From the NCBI GenBank assembly GCA_003344405.1, contig NOWV01000327.1, forward strand, positions 1 to 47,512: DNA of 47,512 nucleotides, read 5' to 3'. Shown here in pieces: positions 25,425-39,713 of this stretch. The notes under the pieces were generated by a model. It saw nothing but the letters and a program-made list of their open reading frames with translations. It did not search any database and was not told the DNA's origin. The translations under genes and the position numbers were made by a program. Numbering within the stretch: position 1 is the first letter of the stretch; every line of letters begins with the position of its first letter. Source of the DNA: Trichoplax sp. H2. Lineage: Eukaryota.

Positions 25425-26240
25425 ATTAGCCGACTGAGATATTACGTAGTACAAGGCCGCTCCTGAGCTATTCTTATAACTGCCGTATTCATCATCTTCC
25501 ACTTGATCAATCGATTTCATCCATTCATTTGTAATAAGAGGATTGAATAAATGCATAACTACAGTAGAAGAGTAGATTAGCCGATTAAGTCATTACGTAG
25601 TAAAAGACCTTTCCTAAGTTACACTCATGACTACCGTATTTATCATCTTCCACATCATGACGCCATTTCCTTCATTCATTTCTAACAAGAGGATCGAATT
25701 AATGCCTCAAAAAGATTAAAGCTCTATTGCAAATTTAATCGATGATACAACTACGCTGTGAACAGACCGTTCAAGACACTTACTTAATTATTGACCTATT
25801 TCATCGCTTACAGTATCTAGATTAAAGCAATAACGGACATTGTTTTTTATCTATCTGATGACAATATCCATGACTAGCAACAGCTTATTGAATGCAATCT
25901 ATTTTAATTAATCAATCTAGTTGATTTCGTCTTATGGCTATAGTAGGAGAGAATAGATTAGCCGATGGAGTCATTACGTAGTAAGAGACCTTTCCTAAGC
26001 TATTTTCAGGACTGCCATATTCATCCTCTTCTACATCATTACGCCATTGCTTTCATTCATTTCTAACGAGAGGATTAAATTAATGCAACAAAGAGATATA
26101 AGTTCCATTACCAATTTGATCGATGATAACTTACAATATCGAAATTAAAGCAATAAGAGTCATCACTTTAACTATTTAATGACACTATCCATGGCTAGCG
26201 ACCGTTTACTCAATTTCATCTATTTTAATCAATCCAATCG
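25425..26240. repeat. Degenerate nested tandem repeat: three copies of a core of about 130 bp (25425, 25576, 25957); copies 2 and 3 extend to about 300-360 bp
   Basis: Each copy starts attagccga..attacgtagta and includes ttcatt..taa..agaggat..aat.aatgc. Copies 2 and 3 also share atcgatgata, attaaagcaataa, atccatg.ctagc and tctattttaat. Confidence 0.85.
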
Positions 26241-26748
26241 AACTCGTTTTAAACTTCACTACCACATAGTAATAGGATATCAGCTCAAAACTGACAATAT
26301 CTTTTGCTCTTACTCTAGACCTATAGTAAAATAAAGTATAAATAACTAATTGAATCATGGTCAATTATACAACACATGTCGATGATAGTAATGATAGAGA
26401 CAAGATTAGATGAGCGTGAAATATCAATAGGGCGTGTAGAGCTCTCTATGAATGTCAATCAAGGCATCGTCTTTATTCAAGAATGAGCAGTCTGTTTAAA
26501 ATTATGGTATAAATTCAGCGACGCCATAATCAATCTGTTGTTAGCCTTTATAATAAAGACTCAATAGGCGTTGATCATCAAAGAAAACATGAATTAAAAA
26601 GTCCTGGATGGAGTTATCTTACCCTAACATAACACTGGATGACGAATAATTGAATCGGTTGACAAAAAGAGATTATTGTTAGTCATTGCAGTTAGTTTGC
26701 CTTCTTTTCAAGTGTTAAGGGTAGGCTGACTATCGTGGGAGAGAAAAG

Positions 26749-29700
26749 ATGGTAAGTTGAAATGGTAATAAGTTAGATAACTCACTCAATAGGAGTAGAA
26801 GGGAAAAGATCCAACTTCATATTTTTTATTTAATTATGATACTACGATAGATAGATTAATCTTGAACCACAGTCTTGAGAGGATGGTTAAAATGAAGAAT
26901 AGGGTGAAATTTTAACCGTAACCCTGTTGAAATTAAAGCATCAAAATTCGTTGAATAAGCAATAGAGTTCTTTGTATTCAATCTTTACTTTACTAACTAG
27001 AGTAGTGATTTCCGATGTGATCCATTTTAAGCATGCTATCAAACATCACGATAGAAATAAACCTAAAATGATACAAATAAGGCAATACTAGTAGCGATAT
27101 ACGATCAAATTTTCAATATGAAACGATAAATGACATAAAAGTCCATCAAACATGAAATTTCTTTCAATTCCCCTGGTGATAAGTTGCAGTTTTAAGAAGG
27201 AATTTGTACAGTAATACAGTCGATATCGATTGAGTAATCTGTGTTAACAGTTCCTTGAATAATTATAGTTTGCTCGAATCTAATTTACATGGGTTGTATA
27301 TCATGAATTAGATAAATTTATCATGATTAAAAGCAAATCTTATCAATGGCTATTTCCGTCTAGGCTGACTACGACAGCGATGGAAGTGTCCTAACAACGC
27401 CTGGTCGCAGAGCAGAATTTGTCATTAGTTACCAATTCGCTCTACTTGCTTTTACAACATTTATTGGGCAAATTTCGCATTTTCCTTATGCCATGTACGC
27501 TAATGGCGGAGGTAAGGATAGTAACAACTTGAGATAACTTATTGAACGATAGCCATTATTAAACAGTGTTGTATCTTTGTATTTGCATATGTTTAGAAAA
27601 GTACATCGACCACATTCTCAGTCTCGGCCAATTACTACTGCAAAACAATCAGTGATAGACTATGTACAAAGTACATTAAAAGAAATTGATTACTTAGAAA
27701 CAAGTTTAAGAGTACATCAAAGTAATGAATGTTACATGATATCAATCCATCTAGTTGAAATAATCAGTTCATATTGTAGGAGTATAGATTATCTTTCATG
27801 GTACAACACAATCAAGATTTTAAAAATGATTCAGTTTAGGGTTCTATCAAGACGATCTAAGTTAATTCTTAACGATATCGTCAATTACTGTCAATATGAA
27901 TTACTCTTTATGACTGATAGCGTCGATGATTTCTATCTTATTATAGCCTATATCCATTTTACTATCGAGAAGTCGTTTATAAATTTAAAAGCAAATCATC
28001 GTTATTAAACACCGGAATTTTTTTATCTTTTTGGTATGGTAGGAGCATTTTTGATCCCGTATTTTATAGCAATCTTTGTCGTTGTTTTGCCCGGAACTTA
28101 TTTAGAAATGGTTATTGGCCATTTAACCGAACGAGGCCCAATTCGTGCTTGGAGTAAGCTTTCGTCGGCCTTTAAAGGTAATTTTCCTATAACGATCCCT
28201 TATCGATATAAAACTAGGTGGTATAGAGATTGATTTGAGCCATACTTGTATAACAAACAAATCTGACAGCCATGTTAACATACGTATTTGGTTTAAACCA
28301 AGTTTACGCTCTTGCACATCAATACAATCGTAGATGAAGAAATTTTATTTTCATTGACAAAGCTTACTGATTGATTTTCTAAGGGTTTATTTTTGATTAA
28401 GGATCAAGTAACATTTCTATACGATATCGACTTGATTTTATTCCATAACTTTAGTTTTACTTTTTCAATATGATCGAACAGAATAATAGTTGAATATGAT
28501 ACTTTTAGTAAAAGAATTTGTTAATTGAATTAAGACTTAATCCTGTCTGCTAGTTCAAGTACACTTTTAGTGATAATTATGGAATCTCCTTTAATCTAAC
28601 AATTTCCCTAATGATCTTGAGAGGTTATTCGTTGATCATTTTACAGGAATTAGCCGTTAATTCGATTAAGGAGAACTCTAGTTTCTTCCCTGGTGTTACA
28701 TAGTCGAGTCTTTCTTTAACAATGTAACAATTTACGTCATAGCTTTGACGACTTTATTTATTAAATTGATGAAGATTTTGATCTTTTTGCTCGATCCTGC
28801 TCCATTCACAGTATTGTAAGGTTGAATATCTTAGTAATTTGATGATTTTGATTACTATTTGATGTACTATTTTCAACATTGTAGAATCAGTTATTTCAAC
28901 AGTTTGATGATTTCATCGTTAGTAAGATAAACTGATCGGTTAAATCCACATTTATACCCGTTAAGAATATAGTTCTAGAAAAACTAGAGGTTATTTTATC
29001 GTTCGATTTCTATTTTGTAGTAATTCTTTGCTTACTACCGAGCAAGAAGATATTCTATGGGATTTAGCCGTGATCATATTTTTAGTGAGCTATTTCTTAA
29101 AGTCAGTAGTATATTTTCGACTCATACGACAAATCGTTCATGAGCTGCTATCCATTCGGTTTATTGGCAAATAACTGCAATACTAATTAAATATGACTGA
29201 ATTTAGCATATAGGGAAATGAAATGCACAGCCTATCCATTCTAATTAAAATCTCAATTATAATCCTTACTATTATTTATTGTATAAGATCAACTGCTTGA
29301 ATTGAATTATTTAAGGAAACATGACTCCTTCTTAACCTAGGCCCCTTTAATAGTTGATATTCATAACTTCTTGGCTAGTCGATAGATTTCATCAAAATAT
29401 CATTGAACTATTTATTCTAAGAATGCAGTAACAGTTTTAACCATATAAAACTGATCAGTATCGACTTGTAACGCACTAAAATAAGGGCTATAGATTTCTA
29501 GTCATTGAGAGTATTCTGCCATTATTTTTACTACTGTCGTTCTACTGAATAAATCTCGAGCTTCAGCACCGTCTATAATTCTTCTTGCTATGACAGAAGA
29601 TACATTAGTTTGTTTTTAATATTTCTCTCCTCAAGACATAATTTATACTACAAGTTATAATGTTAAGAACTTTGAATTTTACTCCTTTATAATTCTTATG

Positions 29701-32700
29701 ATCATCCTTTTATATTATCATCTACAATGTAATATTGTAATTGGTTTTTCTTGTTCTGCTATTGGTGGCTTCGTTTTCACTTAGGATTGCTTATTTCCGT
29801 GAAAATTTTTATCTTTGTGCCCAGTTGTATTTTTTATTCCTCAAAGATTTCTATAGTTTTATTTGTCTTTAGCTATCAGTGAAGATCAATTCCTACAGTC
29901 ATTGTTCCCGATAGAGTATAACATACGAATAGGGTAACAATGTAATTAAACGTATCCTATCTGCGATTTGAATAATGAAGTAATAACTTCATACGTGATT
30001 AAATATTGAAATTACAATGTATCCAATGAAGAAATTTTATCTGTTTACACACCATTGTCAAATAACTACGAAGTAGCTCATTTAATAACTAGATTATATT
30101 TTCACAAGCTGATAAAATAGCTACAGCATAGAGTACTTAGACTATTTATTCAATCGTAGTATACGTTAACTTTTGATTTTACTTCTAACCATACATTATT
30201 GAAATTCATACCAGTAAACAATACAAGGACTCCTTAATTAGTCGTTATTTTAAAATTTTTCATTATAATATTTTATAAAAACATTTTTGTACTTGAGAAC
30301 AAATGTCGATTTTAAAATCATGATAAATCATTAGTGATATAATACTGATGAATTGATATTTTAATTTGTTTTAGATTTAAATTAATAACTTACAATGCAT
30401 TTCTTCTTTATTTAAGTTCATTAAAGACTTATAAGAAAGTAAATTAATTTACTATTATTACTGTCTATCTTCTAACAGGTCTAGGATATGGTAAAGTTTT
30501 AATGTTATTCTTCAGTTTGGTCTATACTGTTCCTTCCATGGGCTATGCATTTCATTACCTTTTCTTTGGATTAAGCGCGAATAATAATACTTTTACGTGG
30601 AATACATGTACAAATTCGTGGAATACCTATAGATGTGTCGTGAATGCTACTTCGCTATCTACCATGGCAATTAGTAAAAATATCATTAATCTTCCAACGT
30701 TAAAAAATGGAATTTGCGTTGAATCTCAGCAAATCGCCACTACACCAGAAATTGAATATTTCTTGTTAGTATATCAGCAAATTATAATCTTTTGTGGCTC
30801 TTATAGCTAAATTTTTACTTCTAACAATCTTAAGCGTAATTTTTCTGAGAGCCTTAAGATGTTACTACAATGCATATAATATCATTAAAGTCAGAAATAG
30901 ATTAGTTCATTTCTATCATGCTAATTTAAATATGCGGTAATTAGAATTATGAATATCCAATTACTTTATTTTATTGCATACGATACTATCAATCCATTAT
31001 CATGATAACTTCTAGTCAACAAATATTCCTAATATCATAATAATTATTCTTCTGACTATCCATGCTCAATAGTTGTATCGAAGGTTTGCGTAAGGGTTTT
31101 AACTTTGCATACTTTTATTAATTCAAACTCCTTGTTAGATATCGTGTTCTTGCCTATATTCCATCGGGAATTGGTAGTCTTCAACCAGAACTATTAGCTG
31201 CTTCTGCGGCAGCATGGGGCTCAACTTGGCTATTTATTTGTATCGGATTTCACTTTTATCGCAGGGTATAAAAGCTGTACAGTTTCTATTAATACTTTTA
31301 ATCGTTCCATCACTTTATGTACTTTTTCCTGAATACTTATCTTATAAAGAATTTTACGATTACAATCACCTGAAAAAATTTTTTCATTGATTATCTATAT
31401 AACAACTACTATCGACTAACGGATGATTGCTTCATATTTTCCCTCTGTTATAGGCCGCTTACATTATTATCCTAGGAGTGATAGGATTAATTTTATCACT
31501 TCTAATTTTTGCCTTACAATTAAATGGCGCCAGCACCGGCTTTCAATTTTTAGTTGCGGCTAATTTTAATGCTCTTCTTCTAGCAAAGACGTGGTGGACT
31601 GCTATGGCGGAAGCGGTTCAAACTTACTTTGTTGCTTCTGGTTGCTTAATCTACTTCGGAAGTCGCAATAAAGCTGATACGAATACTTTTTGGTAAATAT
31701 TATACTCTAGTAGTTAGAATTTTACTAGCAATTAAATCTCTAAATTTGATATAAAATGCTATGATCAAGTGTAAGATAAATTGGCTATTTCAAAATAGCT
31801 CTACAGATCATTTTAAAGACTGCTCTATAGTTTACAATCTAAGGATACAGACCACATAATAGCTATCAATATCGAGTAATTGCGATCTGATCTTTAAACA
31901 TAATTGAATGACTTTCTTACAGGAATGCGCTAGTTGCAGTTATTTTTTCTCCATTAGTTAGTATTGCCTGTGCTTTTATGGTATATGGCTATCTTGGTGA
32001 AATAGCAAATCGAGTACAAGTATCAGTGAACTCTTTAACAAGTCAAGGTAAGCCAGTCTTAAACGATAAATTTTATTCGCATTCCCATCTAGTCTCTAAA
32101 GTTATTGAAATCAGTATCATGATCTAAGTAGAGTCATAATAACTGTATACAGGGACTTAAAAATAACATTTTTAAGATATTGTTGCATAATACTGTGTAT
32201 TATTAAATAAATATTTACTATAGCTTACAGTCTGATTAGCTTCCTTAATGCACAAATTTAAATAAATTTTGTTGCTACAAGTAAAAATTAGTGCTTTATA
32301 ACTGCATTAAGTTACGTTACTTCTAAATTCTAAAGGTCCACTGCTGTTGTATTCAATATTTCCGATGCTAACAAGAACTGTGAACTTCACAACTGCTAAA
32401 ATTATACTAATAATCTTCTATGTCCTCATTATCCTGCTTGGATCTTCATCAACGGTAACAACAATTTTTTACTGTCAAAAAGTGGATTATATTCTTTAAA
32501 TTTTCGGATCCTCATAATATTTGCATATTTTGGATACATTTGTCACATCCTTGAATTTTTTACTGCATTTCAGGCCATTTTGCTTGAAACTGCAACATCA
32601 GCTGTGGTTGAAGATTTGCCGTCCAGCTGTCGTCGATTTCAATGGCTATTTCGGTTGATTTTTTCGTCAGCATTATTTGCCATTGGGATACTTATTACTA

Positions 32701-34176
32701 CTTCGGTACGAAGACTAATCTGGCCTTGAATATTTAATTTTTATTAACGATTTTTTAATATATCTCATAATTTGCTAAAAATGTACCAGTAGGAGTAGTT
32801 ACTAATCGTTTTCAAAGAATTAATATATTCGAATAACAATTTATTCATCTAGGGAGGCTATAATCTTCTAATCAATATGACCTTTACAAGCTTTCTTGTT
32901 CAAAGTTTTTTGGGAACATTTCAATTTTTTGCCTTACTCTTTGTATTTGGTAAGTGATACCGAGTTAAGCTCTCCTACACTTCAACAATACGAATATTCG
33001 TTATGATAATGTTTAGATTAGATTATTGCTTATTGCAAGTTGGATTTCATGATATTTAATTGTGAATGTAATTTAACAATCATTCTTAACTTATTTTTCA
33101 GCTCGTTGTATCGCTCGTCGAAGTTGGTCAGCGGTATTACTTTCTAAGCATTCATTGCTGATCCTATGGCTGGTCCTAACTTCAATAGTCCTAGCTGCAT
33201 TTATAGTAAGCTTAAAATGAAATAATGTAACCACTTGTAAAGATGTGACTCCATTTATTTCAGAACTTGCAAATTTAGAGCATGTTTAAGGGCAGCTTAA
33301 CTATCCTATTCTCTTTAAGTATAGTTTAATGCCCTTTTCGTTAATAGCAATCACTGATAGAAAATAACCGTGTCTATCATGGAATTTAGCAAGAATGTAA
33401 AAATATATAGTGATTACGATTCCTTAGTACGGCCATAGCTACAGTAGTGTTGTCTAAATGTTTACGTAATCACTATTTTGTGGTTACTAATAGTCCAAAT
33501 ATAATATTTACGTTATTGTAGGCCCAGTTAAGTACTGTAAAACAAACATATAAAATTTCTGTATTTTCAACACACATAATGGATTCTAGCAAGATATCAA
33601 GATGACTATATGTCTACAACCCTGAAATATACCATAGAATATTTTCTATTGCGAGTATTGTACCTGTATACAATAGATAGTTGAGGAGTCTGCTTTAAAT
33701 TTAATTTTGATTTAATCGCGATATAGTCCAAACTTCGGACAGTACCTATCTGAAGCAAATACGTATAAATCAGTTAATTACAATATAAATGAAAGCGATT
33801 GCTTAGACATGAGTTGTTAAATATTTATTATGAGTTAATCTGCAGACACAATTATATAGGAGGTAATGGAGGAATAGTGCGGCATCTTATTTGTCTTTTA
33901 TGTTCTTAATATTAGGCTCATTTAACCTATTACATCATGAATCTGCTAGTAACAACTGGGCAGTCACTCTTGTGTATAGTGTTACCTTGGTCTTTCTTTA
34001 TTGGCACTATTGCTATCCTTCTTGTAGTAGCGGTCTTTGAAATTTACCGTCATCGTGATTTCATAACACAGCCTTTCACACCAACCGATGATTTACATTT
34101 TGAAGTTGGATTTTATTCTGGTAAAACAGCGCCAACATTTTATTCCGTAAATGACACCAGAGAACAACTGGTTTAA
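26749..34176 (+). CDS. Divergent SLC6/NSS-family transporter, paralog B, about 591 aa; exons 26749-26751, 27364-27511, 28043-28177, 30479-30764, 31139-31265, 31454-31692, 31923-32047, 32336-32454, 32574-32705, 32853-32949, 33102-33205, 33916-34176
   Basis: GT-AG introns with the same phases as paralog A give a 1776-nt ORF. Motifs: FPYAMYANGGGAFLIPY, LEMVIGH, RGPIRAW, FKGLGY, WNTCTNSWNT..C, PEIEYF. Confidence 0.88.
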
Positions 34177-34719
34177 TCGTCAAAGATATATTATAATATG
34201 AAAGTGGTAATACTTTACTCCATCCAGTATAATATGATTTAGCAATGTCAGCATTTACTCTCTCATATCTGATACAAGAATAACGACTATGAATATCTCG
34301 CGTATATGTTTAAAAAATGGCTTAAACTTGATGACTCCTACAATAGTGTATCCAGCTTCCATTTCGCTTTTTCGAGTTGAAATCGGCGTACCGTAGCGCT
34401 CTATTTTAATAACTACAACAAATTTTTGTACGGCATTGTTATATTATTCAATGAATGTCATCAGAAATGGTCAGTGTCGTTTATTTTGTCACCAATCCAT
34501 AAGCCGCGCTTTAGTTGGCGTAATTGGATTTTCCTTATACTTAGTTTTAATGATATTTCATGATTATTGTAATAAGCAAGATTCATTAATCCAAGATAAG
34601 GATACTGTAATACACTTCTACCCCAAATTGAATTTAATAAGCCAGCTCCAATTTACTAAACACAATTGATTTTATTATGTAAATACATTTATTAGCTATT
34701 CTCTTTCCTCCACCGACAT

Positions 34720-34746
34720 ATCTATATATATATATATATTTATATA
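34720..34746. repeat. (TA)n microsatellite
   Basis: atctatatatatatatatatttatata. Confidence 0.7.
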
Positions 34747-37700
34747 GTCATTACGCGTATTGCAAATATATAACGGCATAAATCTTAGTATATGCAGCTA
34801 AATCGCAAGAATGATAACACTCTACAGTTAACTCCATAATCAAGCAGCCAATTTACAAAAGGCTTGAAGATGACGACGTCATTTTGCTTAAGCTTAACAT
34901 TGGGTTTTACAGATATTGTTTAAGCTGGCTGGTGATTTAACGTTCTGATATGAAATTTGGTGATAATGGACAAATCCAAAACTTATCCTTTATGTAACCT
35001 TTTATGGCTATAGTAAAATGGTATAGAAATGTAAAATTTGTAATAGGAATAGATCTTTGTAAGTTATAGCTAATAATTCGTCTCAATTACCGCAAAATTC
35101 TTTTCTCTAATATTATGCTTAGCAAACTATTCTCAAAGATGGAAAATATTTAGTATCATACCTTGATATCATTGGCTATTATAGACCTTATCTTATTCAC
35201 CCAGCTGGTTATCTATCATCATTTGAAGCTGAGTTATGATCATATGTACACATAACGATAAGAATTGAATTCCTTTCATGCAATTGGTGTAATATGTCAA
35301 TAATAATACTACTAATAAAAAGTCTTTCAAATTTATATCTAGTTATAACCATTGCTTTCTTTGTCATTTTCTTTGATAAAAATGACGTATTTTACAAATA
35401 TTATAGAAATGGATAGAAACTTTGCCTCATAAAGTATCTTTAGACAGATCTTAGACGCGCGATACTATTTCAGTTGTAATTGACAGGTCTTGTCTATTTT
35501 AAGTGAGGTATTATAAATTTGTAATGTAGTTCTTGAAAGATGAAATACCAATTTTGGTAAAGTATCAGGAACGCTATATTTCGCAGGAAATTGTGATTAA
35601 ATATGATCTATAACTAAGACCTTAGAATCTTACCCAAAGTATATAAGAGAAAAACTCCCATTACAGAATTTTCAGCAAATTTTCTACGTTAGTGTACTTT
35701 AGATTGGCTACAGTACATGACTCCATGATGAAATTTAATATTTCAATGTTTTTACTTGACTATACCCGGAGTAAATATTTCTGTAACGGTAACTAATTTT
35801 CCATTGCATTAATCTTTAATTTGAAAATTTTAGTGTTGAATGCCTTTTAGTAAATAATTATATAACTGACATGCGCGTATATCCATATTGAGTTATACAG
35901 TAGCATTAGTATCCATAGGTAACTCTTACGTACACATTTATTAACTTCAACGCATAAAACTGAAACATGCAGCATAAGTAGATAGAGTATTGCTAAGCTG
36001 TGCTTCGTATTCAGGTAGTTCTTTTACGCTCTGCTAATTAGTGAACAATGTTAATAAACACGTGTATAAATGGATGCTGTATTTAACCAAGGATTTTAAT
36101 TAGTAATTATTAATTGCTAATCGAGTTTAGGACTACTGGTATCTAGATTGCTAGATAACAAAGCACTGATTGTACTCTGTTATATAATTTAGTAGAGCTA
36201 GTCCCTTAACCTTCAGCTTACAAGAAAGTACTCGGCCAGATACTAATAAAAGTAATAGCTATACATTTTCCATTCAGAATAGTCTTATATTTTTGCGCTA
36301 CTGATTAGTCTTTCATTTTAGCTCTCAATCGTTGGAGCGTTTAGGTAATCTATGAGATTTGCGTAGCCCGCTCACGAAAGTTGCTTTATGATATGTACAT
36401 AGTAAGATTGCAATTCGTGATTTAATCTGAAATTATTATGACCTTTATACATGCTTAATCGTGACCGCCATGGTATTAATTCTAAAGTAAAATATAAATT
36501 CTAAGATCCGTACAGGTATGTAGCGAATCCTACCTAACATCAGCCTTACTCACAATCTGATTTAAGTCAAAAGATGAATATTCGTAGCAACATTATTGCG
36601 ATATAGTCCACCATATATGAGAATATCGAAATCAGGACTGACTGGTTAATTTTCTACTAAATCTGCTCTAGAAATTTTATTGGAAAATTTTGTCCATTTT
36701 TTATGTGCGTTACATACTGTACCAGTGTTATTGTTGAACCATTTGAATACGGTATCGAAAAATAATGGATTTAATGTTTTTCGTATGTTATGGGATACTT
36801 TTATACACTGTAGAATAGGAAGTTAATACATAAATTTATTTTAAAGAGTTTACTTCACTGCCTGTTGCAATGTACTGTGAAATTTATTGGAGAATACGGT
36901 AAACCATTCAATACTGGCATATACTATAGACATTTATAGTCTAGGAAAATAGTACAGTGTTAATTTATGAAATAAAAATCTATTAACTTCTTCTTATTAA
37001 CTCGTATGACTCATTAATTACAGGGAAAGCTTAGATATCATTGAATATGCACGAGTAACTCAACGTAGATCATCTTAGTTGAAGTAACTAATTTTAAGGC
37101 TGAAACTTGCAGGAGAGAAATAATGGAATGTAGATGTAGTGATTTTAGCTAATTATAGTAATTTTGTGTAGGCAATACACAGTGATAGTATGTAGTATAG
37201 AACTGTATGTCTTAATAAAGTATGTGTTATATAAGGTTGTTGCAGATAGCCATATTAAGTAATGTTATTAAGCAATGTGCCGATGTGATTGATGACTCCT
37301 ATGTAGAGAAGCAATTGATGATAATTTGTATAAGTTGTATAAAATTGTTATCGTAGAGGCTAAATCGATTATCCGGTTTATCTTAGCCATTTTCGACTAT
37401 TATTATGAGGGGAAGAAATTGGAATTCTTCTCCGACGGACGATACGCGGACGTTAATAAACTTAGCTGTTGTAGGTCAATTATACGGTGTTGACTATTTT
37501 GTGTCATATTAGGGATTTGCTCGATTTTAACGACTCTGAATTTTGAGTTGACGGATTACGAACCTAGGACTAACAACCCGTACACTACAGTAGAAAGAAA
37601 AATGGCTTTATCTCTTATCGATAATTTAATAAATATGAATACATCCCAAAAAGCAACCTGTTTAAAAATAAGATTAGAAAGAATTGTTATATCCCTTGAG

Positions 37701-39713
37701 AATAGAAATTATTCTTTTTCTACTCCAATTTCCTTAAATTTTTATTGATCAGCAATACTAAAATTTCTTAGCTATTCTTAAGGTTTATTAGAATAGGTCA
37801 TTTATGAGTACTTTCTATCCTTTCTTTGAATAATGGTGTTCCCTCCGAGTTACCGGAATATCCGACTTCCTCAATAAGAAAGCTCACAATAATTTATGAC
37901 GTTAACATTATTTGTTTTAGCTCAATTTATTCTTTAGTCATAAATATTTTAACTGATCCACCTTGAATTTATTAACTACTATCCCAGTAAATTAAAAGTA
38001 GAGAGGGCGTGGATGATGACCTTTGATAATCGCGTGCACTAGATGTTACAGAATTTATCGCTGGTTGGTGGGTGTTATAATTTTTTAAATGTGATATCGT
38101 GACCGAATTAAAAATATAAATAGATAGAAGCTCTCTCTAAATCAAGATAAATCCCTGTAGCAGTATTTTACTATGGATGAGTAATTCCAAGTATTAGTAC
38201 ATTTATACGTATATGAATCAGATCATATTAGCTTATAAAAGTAAAGAATCTTTATCTAAGCCTACAACACAGGGATGATCACTTATAAGCCGAATAAAGT
38301 CAATTACCCTCTGATCAAATTTAATCCAATAACGATCAATAAATTCAATGTACTGCACTAGCTTTATATCCATACAACTGCAGTGGATGTTTTATAAAAT
38401 ATATTAAGAGTTATACGCCACTTTTGAATAATAGCTATCACAGGAAGTTCATATGGGCAAATAAAAATGATCAACTAGTCTTTATGATGCGAGCTCGATA
38501 TTGTAATTCTATCATTTCCGCTTACAATCTAGATTACTATACAGCACCTAAATTAAGGGGAGGAGGAATAAGATGAAAAGGATTGAATATCTAATTATTA
38601 AACTTAGTAACTCAATCATAGTTGAAATCTAGTAAAATTTTTGAGCTATTTACAAGTTTTGGTAGCTAAAACATGGATTTTAGATATAGTTACTAGAATA
38701 ACAACGTACACGGCATAGCTGTACATGAAAACGAGAAGGATTTTACTGCTTAACCAATAACCTGATCAGTGAAAGGTCATCATTGAGGCAATTAATAGAC
38801 AAAATTATGGATAATAAATTTTTAGCCGTTGCTAATCAATAATTAGAATTTAATTTATTTTCATACAATCCATGGTTGATAAAATAGTGTTGGTTCGATT
38901 TTAGATCTTATTAATCGGTCCTAGAAAATTGACGATTAAACATTCTAACTCCTCCTGATTCAGTTATAACCGCATCGTGTCGCTCATAAGTTGTATATTT
39001 TCATTCCAGATTAAATCAACATAATCAAGTAAATTTAGCGGTCATACTATCAAGCAAATGAAGGAGGTTATGATAAGGGAATCTAAATGGTGATATAAAT
39101 TGCTATTCAATTAAAATTAAATTCCTTAAACCAGCCTAGCATGAAATCTCTTCATGATAATTTATTTTTACCTAAAATAGTTAAAAACCATTGGCAAGGT
39201 AATGTAACTATGGATATTTGATCAATGATCACAATAAGTAAATTAATCGTTAATTTTTCACTTGAATTGCATTAAGTCAATATTGTCCTAATTGCAATTT
39301 AATAATTGGTTTAAGGATTTTTATATTTATCTTTAGCTCTTAATCAACAATATCATACCAGGTTACACCCAAGTATCTATCTAAACTATCTTATTATGAT
39401 TGTGCCTTATTGATCAATTTGGAATTGATATTGTCACCTAATTACGTCAGCCATTTTAATGAAGTACACGCCTAAGCCTATTTAATGTACCTGTATGTCT
39501 ATCTATTCTCTTAACATTCCATAGGAGAATTAGACAACTAGTGAGTCATTGATTTAATTGATATCTATTCCTTTTCAACGCCTACGTTACTTTAATCTTC
39601 CTTAGTCATTGATATTCCAACGTGTACCATCTGAGAGAGTACTTCAAAATTTTTTTGTTCCTTCAATTATCTGAATCTGACGTTACTTACTCTGTTGGAG
39701 CTTAGACTTTAAA

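Noticed and set aside
25350..25556. 68-aa minus-strand ORF overlapping the triplicated repeat
   Set aside because: The equivalent frame in repeat copy 2 contains stop codons, so coding is not conserved.
12781..26240. Spaced repeats considered as a CRISPR-like array
   Set aside because: The context is spliced eukaryotic genes; the repeats are long, degenerate and few, with no constant repeat-spacer period and no cas genes.
27577..28008. 143-aa ORF on the + strand
   Set aside because: It lies wholly inside intron 2 of SLC6 paralog B, starts at TTG, has no recognisable motif, and the flanking exons join in phase without it.
37380..37512. Fragments IFDYY and YGVDYF resembling canonical SLC6 TM10 motifs, as a possible relic of a fourth paralog
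   Set aside because: The two words are in different frames, their spacing is longer than canonical, and no other SLC6 remnants flank them. Probably chance; a TBLASTN search would settle it.
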